This document shows, one piece after another, positions 1 to 11,852 of a DNA stretch of 64,000 nucleotides. Position numbers and translations under genes: made by a program. The stretch spans positions 1,792,001 to 1,856,000 of the forward strand of contig CBDANS010000007.1 of assembly GCA_965197745.1 (NCBI GenBank). Direction: 5' to 3'. This DNA is from Opitutales bacterium. GTDB lineage: Bacteria; Verrucomicrobiota; Verrucomicrobiia; Opitutales; PNEW01. Position 1 is the stretch's first letter; each line of letters begins with the position of its first letter. Below the pieces are notes generated by a model. The model was not told the DNA's origin and searched no databases. It saw only the letters and a program-made list of their open reading frames with translations.

Positions 1-1175
1 AATACCCGCATACCTTTACCTGGCCTGTGCGCTTCAGGGGTGTGAGAGGAAGTGATAAGACGATAATTCAGGTAGGCAAATGCAGGTGCCGCGAGAAAAG
101 CTATTATGGTGGCAAGGTCGACGAGTGCCGTGAGGCGATTAAGAAAAGAATTAATAATGGTAATACTGATCAGGCAGCCAACTCCTATCCCTATCCACTG
201 TAAATGACGGCTGCTTGTTTTAATATTTTTAAAGGCCAATTTAACGCCAACTGCCAGTGAACGAGGATAGGCATCAATGACCGTTAAAGTCGTTGAAAAC
301 ATGGCCGTGAGGGCTGCTATAGCTATAAAAGGAGTAGCCCATTGGCCGAGATTATGGGTGTAAAGATTGACGATTTGGGCGGCAAATTTTGATCCCGATT
401 TTTCAATCACTTCCCCTGATCCATGCATCACGAGATAACCCAGCATTAGAAAAATAACCGCTAATATAACGGTTAAAAAAAATCCGAAATTAAAATCAAA
501 TTTCGCCTCTTTAATTGATGTTCGTCTCCCCAAATTTTTCTCATTAGCCATGATCCAGAGTGACTGCCAGACAGAAAGCTCAATGGGGGCAGGCATCCAA
601 CCCATAAGGGCTATGATAAATCCCAGGCTCGCTCTGTTCCATGCGGAAGGGCTGTTAAATTCGCTTGCTGCGACCGGGCCGTGAATAAATGCCATGAGAA
701 AAGCAATAATTGTGGCTAGAAAGAGGACAAACATGGTTGTTTTTATGCAATAGTCTAACCAAGTATAATGGCCGACTATTATAATGGTTGCGCAAATCCC
801 CATAAGGATAGCACTCCAAATAGTCCCATTTAAATCAATACGAAAAATATTCTCCATTAGTCCGGCAGTGACAAAGGTTACAGCCGCGATACTGACAATT
901 GCGCTTATTAAATTAAGGAGGAGGAATACATATAAAAAACCAGGACCTAACCGTTGGTAGCCGTGCAGTAAACTCTCTCCAGTAGCAACCGCATACCTAT
1001 GTCCGTATTGAAAAAAGGGGTATTTGAAAAGGTTTGCGAGTAGAATAATTACTATTAATTGAGTGCCATAATCGGCCCCAGCTCGTGTTGACTGGACTAG
1101 ATGAGACACACCAACGGCCGCGCCGGCCATTAGTATGCCAGGTCCTATCGTTTTAATAGCATTAAATTTAGGCAT
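1..1175 (-). CDS. NRAMP-family divalent metal cation transporter (3' end beyond window)
   Basis: Hand translation of the minus strand from ATG at 1175 gives MPKFNAIKTIGPGILMAGAAVGVSHLVQSTRAGADYG, the NRAMP-like N-terminal motif. GWMPAPIELSVWQSLW follows later, with many hydrophobic helices. Not in the ORF track because it is truncated. Confidence 0.85.
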   Translation of the reverse strand, partial: MPKFNAIKTIGPGILMAGAAVGVSHLVQSTRAGADYGTQLIVIILLANLFKYPFFQYGHRYAVATGESLLHGYQRLGPGFLYVFLLLNLISAIVSIAAVTFVTAGLMENIFRIDLNGTIWSAILMGICATIIIVGHYTWLDYCIKTTMFVLFLATIIAFLMAFIHGPVAASEFNSPSAWNRASLGFIIALMGWMPAPIELSVWQSLWIMANEKNLGRRTSIKEAKFDFNFGFFLTVILAVIFLMLGYLVMHGSGEVIEKSGSKFAAQIVNLYTHNLGQWATPFIAIAALTAMFSTTLTVIDAYPRSLAVGVKLAFKNIKTSSRHLQWIGIGVGCLISITIINSFLNRLTALVDLATIIAFLAAPAFAYLNYRLITSSHTPEAHRPGKGMRV

Positions 1176-1649
1176 TCAGGCTTTTACTTCACAACAAAAC
1201 ATAGACGTTATGGTCGAGATAAAAATTTCCCCTGGCGCCCGGACAATAAAAAATTGCAAGCTTCCTGCCAATGAGAATCCCTCGAAAACAGTCCGTGTTT
1301 GGCTGCATCCTGCTTAATGAATCTCACCAACACCGAGGGAGTCAGCGGTTTTCTTCTTTTCTTCTACTATTGTAAATTCCCCTACTGCAGGATCATAAGT
1401 CAGGATCTCAGACCTCCGAATCGGATACAGACACTTAATTTTGCAATGGATTTTAATTTATCTTCCATTCAATTGAAAGCAATCGAGCTATAAACTTTAT
1501 CCATAAATTAACCCAGAATAATTGCATATTCGTGAAAGTAAATAATTTGTGAATCTCAAATAAAACGTAAATTATTATTGCAGAATGGGCGTAAATTCTA
1601 AGATTGTTAAATTAGCATTTTATTTATAGAGTATTGATAAATTACCTGT

Positions 1650-2312
1650 ATGAAAAGCGTTGTTATTATTGAAGACCAGACTGCAGTTCGGGAAATGGTT
1701 GCCCAAATCGTGCAATCGGAGCCTGGGTTTGAAGTGGTAGCGGAAACGGGGGACGGTCAAGTTGCCTATAATCTCTGTATGGATCTCAAGCCGGATTTTG
1801 TCATTCTGGATATTATGCTCCCGGGCCTTAATGGGGCCGAAGTCCTGCGACGTCTCACAAAACACCTCAAAAACACCCGTGTCCTCGTTTTTTCCGGATA
1901 TCAGAACCACAGCCTGGTGCGCGACCTCCTGCAAGCTGGAGCTCATGGATTTGTAGAAAAATCAGCCCCCCTCTCAGAATTGAAAAAAGGCATACAGGTA
2001 GTAGCAAGTGGAGGCAGTTATTTTGGTCCTGAGGTCGCCCAATTTCTTCGTGAAGCAGTTGCTAATCCCTCAACCTCAAAAGCCCCTAGTATTGATGTTT
2101 TAACCGCCAGAGAACGGGAAATCCTTCAACTCATTGCGGAAAGCAATAGCACCAAAGAAGTTGCAGCAAAGCTGAGTATTAGTGTCAAAACGGCGGAAAA
2201 TCATCGCACTAATCTGATGAAAAAATTAGATCGGCATGATGTTGCAAGCCTGACCCGTTACGCTATCGAACAGGGCTTAATTGAGAGTACGAGTATCAGT
2301 AATAGTATTTAA
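1650..2312 (+). CDS. NarL/FixJ-family response regulator (REC + LuxR HTH)
   Basis: REC motifs IIEDQ and [12 protein letters not shown]-terminal [14 protein letters not shown]...[26 protein letters not shown]. Confidence 0.93.
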   Translation: MKSVVIIEDQTAVREMVAQIVQSEPGFEVVAETGDGQVAYNLCMDLKPDFVILDIMLPGLNGAEVLRRLTKHLKNTRVLVFSGYQNHSLVRDLLQAGAHGFVEKSAPLSELKKGIQVVASGGSYFGPEVAQFLREAVANPSTSKAPSIDVLTAREREILQLIAESNSTKEVAAKLSISVKTAENHRTNLMKKLDRHDVASLTRYAIEQGLIESTSISNSI

Positions 2313-3158
2313 CTCCTGCTCTAATCGCTCTTTTAAAAGAGGTATCAATTTTTTTTCCTGACCGATAAGACCCGTTAGGTAGGTTGTTAATTCCAGGTGC
2401 TTTTTTTCTGCCCTCTGGCAAATGATGGCGATATCGCCGTTTGCCGCGGCATGATGCCCCGGTGAGAAGAATAACAAAGCTATTATGACATCACCTTGGC
2501 AATATCGTTCTTCATCCAATAAGTGTTCCAGTAAAGGATCATTAAATGAATATTTATCACCCGCTCTTCTTTCCATTGAGGCACTTGCTATCTCCCTCAC
2601 TTTACCTCGCAGTGATGTGTTCAATTGCCGGGTAAGGTAAATGCGCACTTTATTAACCGCTGGCTCCGGAGTTCCATGATCAACGAGAATGACGGCTGGA
2701 TTTTTCAGATTATTATTCTTTATAACGCGAAGAATTCCTTCGGTCAGTATATGTGACATGGAAAAATCAGTACCCTCATCAACATCGACAAGGTGCTTGG
2801 CAATGCGAATTTTTAATTGAGGATAAGTTTTTTTAAGATGTGTTATGCGATCGGGTAAATAGCGTGTTAATGCTCTACTGGGGCCAAAAAAAAGTGGAAT
2901 TACGATGAAATTGAAAACTCCATCTTGTGCCAAGGATCTTACCGTTGGTTCGAATAATTCTGCTTTTTGACAATTCAACCGATCAATCTTAATAGAACTG
3001 GAATGAAGCAATGATATCGGTCTTATCTTATGCCCTGATAATGCTGTTAATTGTTCTGCAATGTGCCTTAAGTTTAAAGTAGCTTCAGGTTTTAGTGACC
3101 CATTATCCATTAGCAAGCATACCGGCTCATTGTTAATCCCATGTGATTGTCTTGCCAT
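2277..3158 (-). CDS. CbiX/SirB-family sirohydrochlorin chelatase-like protein (two domains)
   Basis: [24 protein letters not shown] and LFFSPGHHA motifs of duplicated CbiX domains. Confidence 0.75.
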   Translation of the reverse strand: MARQSHGINNEPVCLLMDNGSLKPEATLNLRHIAEQLTALSGHKIRPISLLHSSSIKIDRLNCQKAELFEPTVRSLAQDGVFNFIVIPLFFGPSRALTRYLPDRITHLKKTYPQLKIRIAKHLVDVDEGTDFSMSHILTEGILRVIKNNNLKNPAVILVDHGTPEPAVNKVRIYLTRQLNTSLRGKVREIASASMERRAGDKYSFNDPLLEHLLDEERYCQGDVIIALLFFSPGHHAAANGDIAIICQRAEKKHLELTTYLTGLIGQEKKLIPLLKERLEQELNTITDTRTLN

Positions 3159-3241
3159 TTTATAATTTCATCGTCTATTAAATTGCTTGCACCCTTAACA
3201 GTTTAAATATAGTAGATAAACTTTCATAAAATTTTCAAATC

Positions 3242-3790
3242 ATGATAAAGCTTTGTAAATTTTCAATAATCGTTACTCTTTCCTTTTTATTTCTGCTTGC
3301 ATGCTCGCAAACGGTTCCACCAAGTCCGGGGGATACGATGGGAAGCAGCCAGACAGGTAACCGAAAGGATTGGGTCGACGCTACTGATATTTATGGTTCC
3401 GGTGCGGCAGGTTTGGAATTGCGGGGTGATGGCATATCGGGGAATTATGTTGAAGGCATATTGCCTACCATATTTTTTGATTTTGACCAGTCTTTCATTC
3501 GACCCGGTGAACGCGATAAAATTGTCCAGGCTGCAAATTACCTTAATTCCAGCCCTCAAGATCGAATTCTCATTGAAGGTCATTGCGATTGGAGGGGCAC
3601 TGCGGAATACAATCTTTCTCTGGGTGATCGACGCGCCAACAGTGTAAGTGAATATTTAGCTACCCTTGGAATTGAAGCAAACCGTATTGAAACTGTTTCA
3701 AAGGGAGATCTTGAAGCAATTACAGATAGCAGTGAAAATCAAATGCAGGAAGATCGCAGAGCGGACCTGATTGTCATTCAACCGCTATAG
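3242..3790 (+). CDS. pal: Peptidoglycan-associated lipoprotein (Pal/OmpA family)
   Basis: Lipobox LLAC; IFFDFDQS, IEGHCDWRGTAEYNLSLGDRRANSV, ETVSKG. Confidence 0.85.
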   Translation: MIKLCKFSIIVTLSFLFLLACSQTVPPSPGDTMGSSQTGNRKDWVDATDIYGSGAAGLELRGDGISGNYVEGILPTIFFDFDQSFIRPGERDKIVQAANYLNSSPQDRILIEGHCDWRGTAEYNLSLGDRRANSVSEYLATLGIEANRIETVSKGDLEAITDSSENQMQEDRRADLIVIQPL

Positions 3791-3895
3791 TCGCAGTCAA
3801 AAGAAATAGCGGCCATTCATTTCGTATTCTATCCTTTCTTCGGGGAAAATTTTTCTTCAGCGCAATGGATGAAATAAAAATCTATAGAATACTTT

Positions 3896-4681
3896 TTAAT
3901 TATCAGCCAGTTTACTTTTGGCAATGGTAACGAGCTGAATAAAAGATTTTGTTTCAAGAGAAGCACCGCCAATCAAGCCGCCATCGATGTCAGGTTGATC
4001 AAGTAATTCTGAAGCGTTACCGATATTCATCGAGCCACCGTAAAGAATTCTAATTTTTGATGCGGGCAATTCTCCGAAGTGCGAAGCGAGTGTTGCTCGC
4101 AATGCCAGGTGTGCTTCCTGGGCTATTTCCGGTGTTGCATTCCGGCCCGTACCAATGGCCCACACAGGTTCGTAAGCTATTACCAGTGAAGTATCTTTAT
4201 TAATGGTAACCCCTTTCACGGCACCGTCTAGCTGTCCCTTCAGAACCGCCATAGTTTTCCCCTGCTCCCGTTCCGCTAAAGTTTCACCAATGCAGATAAT
4301 GGGTTTGAGATTATTTGCTAAAGCAGCCAGGACTTTGGCATTGATGAAACTATCGGTCTCTCCAAATGAGGTGCGTCTTTCACTATGGCCGATAATAACA
4401 TAATCGCAAAAGAAACTCCGGAGCATCTCCGCCGATATTTCACCGGTAAAAGCACCAACGGATTCGGAGTGCATATTTTGAGCGCCAAGCTCAATGTTAG
4501 AGTGTTCGAGAACATTTGCGACACGCTCAAGGGCGATAAAAGGAGGACATACAATCACCGTGATATCTGTTTCTTCACCCACTGCATCAGTAATTTCAGC
4601 AGCGAGTACACCCGCTTCGACGGGTGTTTTGTTCATCTTCCAGTTACCGGCAATGATACATTTCCTGAGTTCGCTATTCAT
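3896..4681 (-). CDS. tpiA: Triosephosphate isomerase
   Basis: IAGNWKMN, IGHSERR, AYEPVWAIGTG, LYGGS, LIGGASL. Confidence 0.98.
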   Translation of the reverse strand: MNSELRKCIIAGNWKMNKTPVEAGVLAAEITDAVGEETDITVIVCPPFIALERVANVLEHSNIELGAQNMHSESVGAFTGEISAEMLRSFFCDYVIIGHSERRTSFGETDSFINAKVLAALANNLKPIICIGETLAEREQGKTMAVLKGQLDGAVKGVTINKDTSLVIAYEPVWAIGTGRNATPEIAQEAHLALRATLASHFGELPASKIRILYGGSMNIGNASELLDQPDIDGGLIGGASLETKSFIQLVTIAKSKLADN

Positions 4682-4710
4682 AACATATTTAAAATTTGAA
4701 AATTGCCTTA

Positions 4711-5913
4711 TTACTTTTTATCGAGAATTGAAACACCGGGTAAGATTTTACCTTCGAGGAACTCCAAGCTCGCGCCACCGCCCGTGCTGATAAAGGAAAC
4801 CTGGTCTGCATACCCACTTTTCCGCATGGCGGTCACTGAATCTCCTCCCCCCACAATTGAATTGGCTCTGTTGTTTTCCGACACTGCTTGAGCCATAGCA
4901 AATGTTCCTCTATTACAGGAATCAATTTCAAATATACCCATGGGGCCATTCCAGAGAATGCTATTTGCTTTGGCTATCTCCGATTGAAATAGTTGAATGC
5001 TTTTGGCTCCTATGTCTACACCTTCCCATCCATCCGGTATATCACCGGTGACTGCTTTGATTGTTCCCACTGTCCCGTTATCGAAATCAAGGGTGTCGGT
5101 AATAAGGTTGTCGACAGGAAGGATTAATTTAACCCCAAACTTCTCCGCTTTTTCCATACTGGATCTAGCCACTTCAATTTTGTCAGGTTCTACTGGGCTC
5201 TTCCCAGTTTTCCTGCCTTCAGCCAGGTAAAAAGTATAAGCCATCGCTCCACCGATAAGGATGGTATCTGCCCTTTCGATGAGTGAATTGATAACATTAA
5301 TTTTGCCACTTACTTTTGCTCCCCCCAGGATGATAACATAAGGTTTCTTTGGGGTCTTTGTTTGCTCCCCCAAATAAGTAAGTTCTTTTTCCATGAGAAA
5401 TCCAGCAACTTTAATCGGCATATATTTTGGGGCGCCGCTAATAGAGGCATGTTCCCGATGAGAGGCTCCAAAGGCATCGTTTACATAAATCTCACCTATT
5501 GCCGCCAAAGCTTCGTTGAATGTATTTTCATTCCCCTCTTCTTCTGCGTGGAAGCGTAAATTCTCAAGGAGGATAACCGAGCCAGATTTCATGTTTTTCG
5601 CGGCTTCTTCTACCTCAGCACCGATACAGTCATCAAGGAATATTACCGGACGACCTATTTTCGCGGCGAGATCAGCGGCAACCGGTTTGAGACTGTATTT
5701 GGAATTTCGTTTCCCCTTGGGTCTTCCTAAGTGGCTGCAAAGAATCAGTTTTCCTTCATGCTCAAGGATGTATTTAATGGTCGGTAATGCCGCTTCTATA
5801 CGTGTGCCATCTGTGATCTTGCCATTTTCGTCCAGAGGGACATTGAAATCAACCCGTAGCAGTACGCGCTTGTCAGTTAGATCAACGGACCTGATAGATT
5901 TAAATTTTTCCAT
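4711..5913 (-). CDS. pgk: Phosphoglycerate kinase
   Basis: RVDFNVP, SHLGRPKG, LLENLRF, ISTGGGASLEFLEGK. Confidence 0.98.
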   Translation of the reverse strand: MEKFKSIRSVDLTDKRVLLRVDFNVPLDENGKITDGTRIEAALPTIKYILEHEGKLILCSHLGRPKGKRNSKYSLKPVAADLAAKIGRPVIFLDDCIGAEVEEAAKNMKSGSVILLENLRFHAEEEGNENTFNEALAAIGEIYVNDAFGASHREHASISGAPKYMPIKVAGFLMEKELTYLGEQTKTPKKPYVIILGGAKVSGKINVINSLIERADTILIGGAMAYTFYLAEGRKTGKSPVEPDKIEVARSSMEKAEKFGVKLILPVDNLITDTLDFDNGTVGTIKAVTGDIPDGWEGVDIGAKSIQLFQSEIAKANSILWNGPMGIFEIDSCNRGTFAMAQAVSENNRANSIVGGGDSVTAMRKSGYADQVSFISTGGGASLEFLEGKILPGVSILDKK

Positions 5914-6015
5914 TTCTGAGCGGCAGTTTTCCGCAGTTTGCTAATTTATATTATTTCTTGATAATATAAAAAGAGATGGCATCGACTAATGATCATTATA
6001 TTATACATCGAATGC

Positions 6016-7941
6016 TCAGACAACGGTGGCTAATGCTTCAGCAATTGGTCCTTGTGAGACGCCATCTATACGTAATTCTGCAGTTACGAGCTGACGACCA
6101 TGGCCATTGCCTGATGGCGCCCGCATTTTTAATTTGATCTCACCCCGGGCTTGGACATCCAGAGTAATAGAGACATATTCGTTTGATGCGATCCACCCTT
6201 CAGGAGGTAAAAGTCTCGCTTCGTATGTAGTTTGACGATCAAAATTATTTCGAAGAAGAAGCACGTAATCCAATTCCTTATCTGGTTCCACTTCTGCGAC
6301 ATAGGGCAACATCCTGACCCAGAATAAGTCAATATAGTGATCGGCGGGAGCGGCGACAAGGTTTCGGAAGGCCCGCTCTTTACTTATAATGAAGTTTGCA
6401 TACTCATCCAAAACCGACTTATCACAATTTAAAACATCATTATGACCTGGACAGATTAATTCCGGAGAAATTTTACGCATTACTTCTATGCATTGGCGAT
6501 GCATGTCCAACTGAAAACTATTACGCAAAACGGTTGTCTGGAAGGGTCTGCTTTCAGTTTTCAGCCCTACTAAAACATCCTGAAAGAAAATATTATCTCC
6601 AGTGAATGCGACTTTTCGGCCATCAATCTGGCCGGAAATTATTGAATGATATTCTGTCTGACCGGGAGCAAAGCAAACATCGAAAGAATATTCTTCCCAT
6701 TCAAGTCTTTCCTTATCCTTCAATTGACGGTCAATACGAATAGGTTGATGAAATGTACAGGGGGTAGATGCCCAAGCAGCCGGATCTTTCAATACTTGTG
6801 CTACTTGCTCTAAGGCAAAGCATTTTGTGCCGTAATATTTCTGCAAATGAGGAATACCACAGGTGTGATCATCATGAATATGTGTGGGGACCGCCAGGTC
6901 GATTGCCGTCACATCATAGTCTTCACGTAGTTCTTTCAAGTGATGTTCAATGAAGCGCATGGATTCAAAGCCATCATGATCAGAGCCAATGTGCATATTG
7001 GGTATAAATGCGTGCCCGTAATCGATGAACATCGCCTTGCCTGAATTGGAAAGAATGACATAGAAGTTGGAACAAGTCCAACTACCGCCCCATAAAAGAT
7101 GGGGTGAAAGGCGAACGAATTTCGGATTTGGTAGAAATGTTACTTCAGGATTGGATGATTTATCATTTGATATTCTTAATCCCCGCCCCAGAGATGCCAG
7201 GTCCATCAGTCGGGCTTCGAGCTGATCGATATCTTTCAAAGGTTTTTCTATGGGATCGCCATGCGAAGGTAAAAATAGTGGGGCCTTTTCAAAATCGCTA
7301 TTTTTCCATGATCGTCCGGCTACTATATCGCCATTGAGACAGTCTCTTAAGGCTTGAATAGACTGCAGTGTAAATATTACTCCTATCATATCGCCATAAG
7401 TATATTCCATGGCATGAAGTTGATAGAGGTGTCCCCCCATTGTCATTAAATCTCCGGTAAATCCAATCAGACACCCATCTATTGAGACCAAAAGCGTGAT
7501 CGAACCCAAGGTGTGGCCCTTTCCCGGTAAAATATAAAATTCATATCCTCGCCACTCAAAGCTTTCATAATCTATCAGCGTTGCCGATACGGGAATATTC
7601 TGACCTATAGAAAAGAACGTGTTGCGGTCATTGTAATTATCAAATACACGACGTGATTGCCAAAAAACCTCTGCTTTATCGAAAAGATGCTTTTCATATT
7701 GGGGTACCGCAATTTGCGTCCCGCCTGCAATCAGTTTGGAATCACCCCAGCACTGATCACGGTGATGATGGGTATGAAGTATCCACTCGATTTTACGACA
7801 CCCTATTTCAGAAAGTTTTTCCGCAACTATACCGGATCCGCTATCTATTAATAGGGCCGCATCACCTTCCTTAATTACGTAGACATTACAAGTATCTTTA
7901 ATCAGCCATAAATGTTCTGATAATTGTTTTAATTCCTGCAT
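6016..7941 (-). CDS. Metallo-beta-lactamase-fold hydrolase with two MBL domains
   Basis: Two HxHxDH-like motifs (HTHHHRDQ, THIHDDH), each followed by GHT/GQT, FTGD and PSHG/PGH. Confidence 0.8.
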   Translation of the reverse strand: MQELKQLSEHLWLIKDTCNVYVIKEGDAALLIDSGSGIVAEKLSEIGCRKIEWILHTHHHRDQCWGDSKLIAGGTQIAVPQYEKHLFDKAEVFWQSRRVFDNYNDRNTFFSIGQNIPVSATLIDYESFEWRGYEFYILPGKGHTLGSITLLVSIDGCLIGFTGDLMTMGGHLYQLHAMEYTYGDMIGVIFTLQSIQALRDCLNGDIVAGRSWKNSDFEKAPLFLPSHGDPIEKPLKDIDQLEARLMDLASLGRGLRISNDKSSNPEVTFLPNPKFVRLSPHLLWGGSWTCSNFYVILSNSGKAMFIDYGHAFIPNMHIGSDHDGFESMRFIEHHLKELREDYDVTAIDLAVPTHIHDDHTCGIPHLQKYYGTKCFALEQVAQVLKDPAAWASTPCTFHQPIRIDRQLKDKERLEWEEYSFDVCFAPGQTEYHSIISGQIDGRKVAFTGDNIFFQDVLVGLKTESRPFQTTVLRNSFQLDMHRQCIEVMRKISPELICPGHNDVLNCDKSVLDEYANFIISKERAFRNLVAAPADHYIDLFWVRMLPYVAEVEPDKELDYVLLLRNNFDRQTTYEARLLPPEGWIASNEYVSITLDVQARGEIKLKMRAPSGNGHGRQLVTAELRIDGVSQGPIAEALATVV

Positions 7942-8087
7942 GATAAATACTCTCCATTTAAATTACCTATCTGTGTTATTAATGAGAAGCTGGATGGCGC
8001 AATTAAAATTTCAGTTAAATTGCCTATATCTTCCCCTCTCAATCTTTAATTGAGGAGAATTAAGTTCAGGCATCCTGAGAAAATCGT

Positions 8088-9137
8088 TTAATTCGATAAA
8101 ATCTCAGCAACCTTTTCTATTAATTCTGCGCAGCGACAACTGTATCCCCATTCGTTATCGTACCAACTAATTAATTTAAAGAATCGGCTATTGAGCTCGA
8201 TCCCGGATCCTGCGTCAAATATGGAAGAGGCAGGGTCATGAATGAAGTCTGTGGAAACCACTTCGTCTTCGGTATAGACCAGAATCCCCTGCAACGGGCC
8301 TTCTGCTGCTGCTTTCATTTTATCGCATATTTGCGTATACGAAGTTTCTTTAACTGTTTTTACAGTGAGGTCGACCACCGATACGGTCGGTGTAGGGACG
8401 CGAAATGACATGCCGGTAAGTTTACCTTTTACTTCCGGTATGACTAAACCAACGGCCTTAGCCGCACCCGTAGTCGCCGGGATAATATTAATGGCCCCAG
8501 CACGGCCCCCTTTCCAGTCTTTACGGGAAGGGCCGTCATTTGTAAATTGCGTTGCCGTGTAGCTGTGAACCGTCGTCATCAACCCTTCGTCTATACCAAA
8601 ATTATCAAGAACAACTTTTGTAATGGGGGCCAGGCAATTAGTGGTGCAGGATGCATTGGATATAATCTCATCATCCGATGTGAGTGAATCATCGTTCACT
8701 CCAATGACTACGGTCTTTACATCTCCTTTAGCGGGAGCTGAGATAATAACTTTTTCAGCGCCAGCTTCGATGTGACCTTTTGCCTGGGTATCCTCAGTGA
8801 AAAGACCGGTTGATTCTAAAACAATCTCTGTGCCTAGCTCTTTCCATGGCATGGCGGCAGGACCGTCTCTTACGGATAGACATTTTATTTTATGCCCATT
8901 GACTACTAAAGTGTCATCTGCTTCTGCCTCAGGAGATGATTTTTCGCTGCTGACAGTTCCCTTGAAACGTCCTTGAACGGAATCATACTTAAGCAAGTAA
9001 GCAAGATTATCAGCAGGAACAAGATCGTTCAACGCAACGACTTCTAATTTCTGGTCGAGTAAATTTTTCTCGATGAGGGCCCGAAAAACGAGTCGCCCAA
9101 TACGGCCAAAACCATTAATTGCAATTTTTACTGCCAT
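8088..9137 (-). CDS. gap: Glyceraldehyde-3-phosphate dehydrogenase, type I
   Basis: [30 protein letters not shown]. Confidence 0.98.
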   Translation of the reverse strand: MAVKIAINGFGRIGRLVFRALIEKNLLDQKLEVVALNDLVPADNLAYLLKYDSVQGRFKGTVSSEKSSPEAEADDTLVVNGHKIKCLSVRDGPAAMPWKELGTEIVLESTGLFTEDTQAKGHIEAGAEKVIISAPAKGDVKTVVIGVNDDSLTSDDEIISNASCTTNCLAPITKVVLDNFGIDEGLMTTVHSYTATQFTNDGPSRKDWKGGRAGAINIIPATTGAAKAVGLVIPEVKGKLTGMSFRVPTPTVSVVDLTVKTVKETSYTQICDKMKAAAEGPLQGILVYTEDEVVSTDFIHDPASSIFDAGSGIELNSRFFKLISWYDNEWGYSCRCAELIEKVAEILSN

Positions 9138-9308
9138 CGTTCTCTTTTATAAATACCAATTGTTATATTCTGATCCCCTGATTTATTTATAATGAACGGA
9201 CAAAAAAACTTACTCCTCTACTTTTGGCAAGCGTCATTTACTCCTGAAGTAAGAATTCTTCTAATTGGGTCCTCGTCAAATTAATATCCCTTTCAGAGAG
9301 GATATCAG

Positions 9309-11738
9309 CTAAAAATGTTCTACCCATAACCCACAGCTTAATGGGGGCATGATTAGCTCTCTCCCTGAGAATTCAATTGTTGCCTTCAGCATTCCGTTTT
9401 CGTCAATACATTCGTGGTCAGCTATTTGCAATAATTTTGAAAAATCTAAACCCTCGGACGTAATTTTTACTGGCTGCATGTGAGGATTGATGGCAAATAA
9501 AATCCTCTCTGCATCGTAACTGAAATCCGCATTGTAGAGCGTGGCGACAGAAGTAAATTCTCTATTTGCGAAAAATTTAAAATATGCAGGTCTGGGACGA
9601 TCTCCGAGGCGAAATAATTTACCTCTATCGCTGAGGCGAAAATGTATCCACTGACGAAAATAATTATGGGTCTCTGAATATACTACTGCTCGCTGGTAAT
9701 CTATGGCGTTTAGATCTCCCTCCCGGTATGTATTCTTGTGGCCCCTCTTCGAGTGTAACATATCCTGACCTGAAGCAAGCATGGGAATACCCAATGAGCA
9801 CATTAGAATAGAGATCATAAGATGAGTCCGCCTGCGATCATTGGGAGTCGGTTCGTGTCCGTCGTGTTTCGGATTTTCCGTAATACTATCTATCCAGCAA
9901 TAATCATCATGAGAAGCGAGATAATTGACCGATTGGGCCGGCCAATTGGCGTGATAATCAAGTGAACCTGCAAGGTAATAGCGAATGCCCTTTTGACTAC
10001 CTTGCCCTAGAAGGTATCCTTTTATAAAATCGCGATAACCATCATTCCAAAACGCATAACCTGTATTTTTAAGGGGGCGGGCAATATGGCCGCGAAAACT
10101 CCATGGCTCAGCGATGAGGATAATAGAGGGTTTAATTCTTTTTAATTCCCGCTCTATTTCTTTGAGTGTTTTTATCCCCAGTAACTCGGCCAAATCAAAA
10201 CGAAATCCATCCACATCATAAATTTCAACAAGATGTGTGAGGCTATCGATAATTAACCTGCGCACCATAGGTGAGTTACAACGCAATGTGTTACCCGTGC
10301 CGCTCCAGTTCGTGAATTCACCATTCCAGTCGAGATCAAAATAATAATATTTATCTATATATTTGAGATGATTAGGTTCGCCTACATGGTTAAATACGAC
10401 ATCGATTATTACCGCCAGCTCCTGGGCGTGAAAGGTTTTTACCAAAGATTGAAACTCTTCAATTTGCGAACCTCTAAGGGGATCACTGGCATAACTGCTT
10501 GCAGGTGAAAAGAAACTAACCGGCATATATCCCCAATGATACTGGGTGGGATCATATCCATCGAATTCGAGGATTGGTTGTAATTCTACTGCATTAATCC
10601 CAAGTTTTTTAAAATAATTATCGTCCCTTTGCAGCCATTTACTAAGTCCCTTAAACCCTAGGCGGTCTTTATCTTCTAATTCAATAGGCGCGTTGTGCAT
10701 GATGTCACGAAGATGGGCTTCGACAATCACCAGATCATGCCAAGAGGGGGGATTAAATACTGTTTCCGGTTTTTTAATCTTATTCTTTTCCCATATAATA
10801 GCGGATTCTGCAGGACCCGTGGTGACGATAGCATAAGGATCAAGAATCTTGAATGATGAGTCAAAATGGGTGTATGGATTAATCCTATCACCAGCTGCCT
10901 GGTAATAATAATAGTAGCCCTGTAGATTTTCGGGGTAACTCTCCTCCCATACATTTCCATCAATTTTCTTCATATTCAGTGACTGTCGATCTGATTTATC
11001 CGGGTTTCGATAAAAGGTAACGGTTACCTGGCGCGCTCGTGGAGCAAACAAGCGAAACACTGTTTTCTCACCTTCGATAAGAACTCCCAGAGTCGAATCA
11101 GAATTTACTTTTTGATAAAATATACCTGGTGAAATAGACGCGACTTCTTCATAATCCCCTTCTGCCCACATCACCTGAGTTTCAGTGTCAGCTATCATCT
11201 GATGGGGCAATGAAAACCTGAAGAGGTGATGGCCTGTTCGTATTGGATCTATTTCATAATTCAAGGACATATTGTTCACGAGAACCGAATTTGATGCTTC
11301 CGCGGGAACTTCCTGCCACTGCCGGTCGTCTGTTACAAATTTGAAATTTGCGGGTTTCTTTTCGTAAACAAGATTACTGCGAACCTTCAATTGATAGTAA
11401 GTTTTTTCAACCTTTTTAGAGGCGTTCATTCTCCATTGCTTGTCCCCTATCGCCTTGGACCAACCATTGAAGTCACCTGCCACATACAGGGGGAGACTTT
11501 CCACGTCCAGATTCTGATAGCGATCTGGATCGAAAATAAATGTTGTCCATTGGTTTTCGGAGTAAAAGGCGCATAAATCAGCATTCTTTTGCGGCGGCGT
11601 TTTTTTCAGTTTATGAAGAGGGGTTCGCATTGGATATAAATATAAGGGGGGTAACTCATGGCTCTTCCAATCGCTTGATAATTCGACCATCCCGGACTCA
11701 TTATCAATCCAGTAAGCCGATATAATTTTATTTTTCAC
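9309..11738 (-). CDS. GH13 pullulanase/glycogen-debranching enzyme with N-terminal CBM48-like module
   Basis: VAGDFNGW; FRLFAPRA; YHWGY; DVVFNH; DGFRFDL; AEPW; YLASHDD. Confidence 0.85.
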   Translation of the reverse strand: MKNKIISAYWIDNESGMVELSSDWKSHELPPLYLYPMRTPLHKLKKTPPQKNADLCAFYSENQWTTFIFDPDRYQNLDVESLPLYVAGDFNGWSKAIGDKQWRMNASKKVEKTYYQLKVRSNLVYEKKPANFKFVTDDRQWQEVPAEASNSVLVNNMSLNYEIDPIRTGHHLFRFSLPHQMIADTETQVMWAEGDYEEVASISPGIFYQKVNSDSTLGVLIEGEKTVFRLFAPRARQVTVTFYRNPDKSDRQSLNMKKIDGNVWEESYPENLQGYYYYYQAAGDRINPYTHFDSSFKILDPYAIVTTGPAESAIIWEKNKIKKPETVFNPPSWHDLVIVEAHLRDIMHNAPIELEDKDRLGFKGLSKWLQRDDNYFKKLGINAVELQPILEFDGYDPTQYHWGYMPVSFFSPASSYASDPLRGSQIEEFQSLVKTFHAQELAVIIDVVFNHVGEPNHLKYIDKYYYFDLDWNGEFTNWSGTGNTLRCNSPMVRRLIIDSLTHLVEIYDVDGFRFDLAELLGIKTLKEIERELKRIKPSIILIAEPWSFRGHIARPLKNTGYAFWNDGYRDFIKGYLLGQGSQKGIRYYLAGSLDYHANWPAQSVNYLASHDDYCWIDSITENPKHDGHEPTPNDRRRTHLMISILMCSLGIPMLASGQDMLHSKRGHKNTYREGDLNAIDYQRAVVYSETHNYFRQWIHFRLSDRGKLFRLGDRPRPAYFKFFANREFTSVATLYNADFSYDAERILFAINPHMQPVKITSEGLDFSKLLQIADHECIDENGMLKATIEFSGRELIMPPLSCGLWVEHF

Positions 11739-11852
11739 AATACTTTAAATTAATGCCCGCCCCGGAATTCAAGGTGAGGGGAAATATTAATTATTAGTTC
11801 TTGATATTATTTGGATCAATTTATTGTTTAAAACTTAATCAATCTATTTCAA

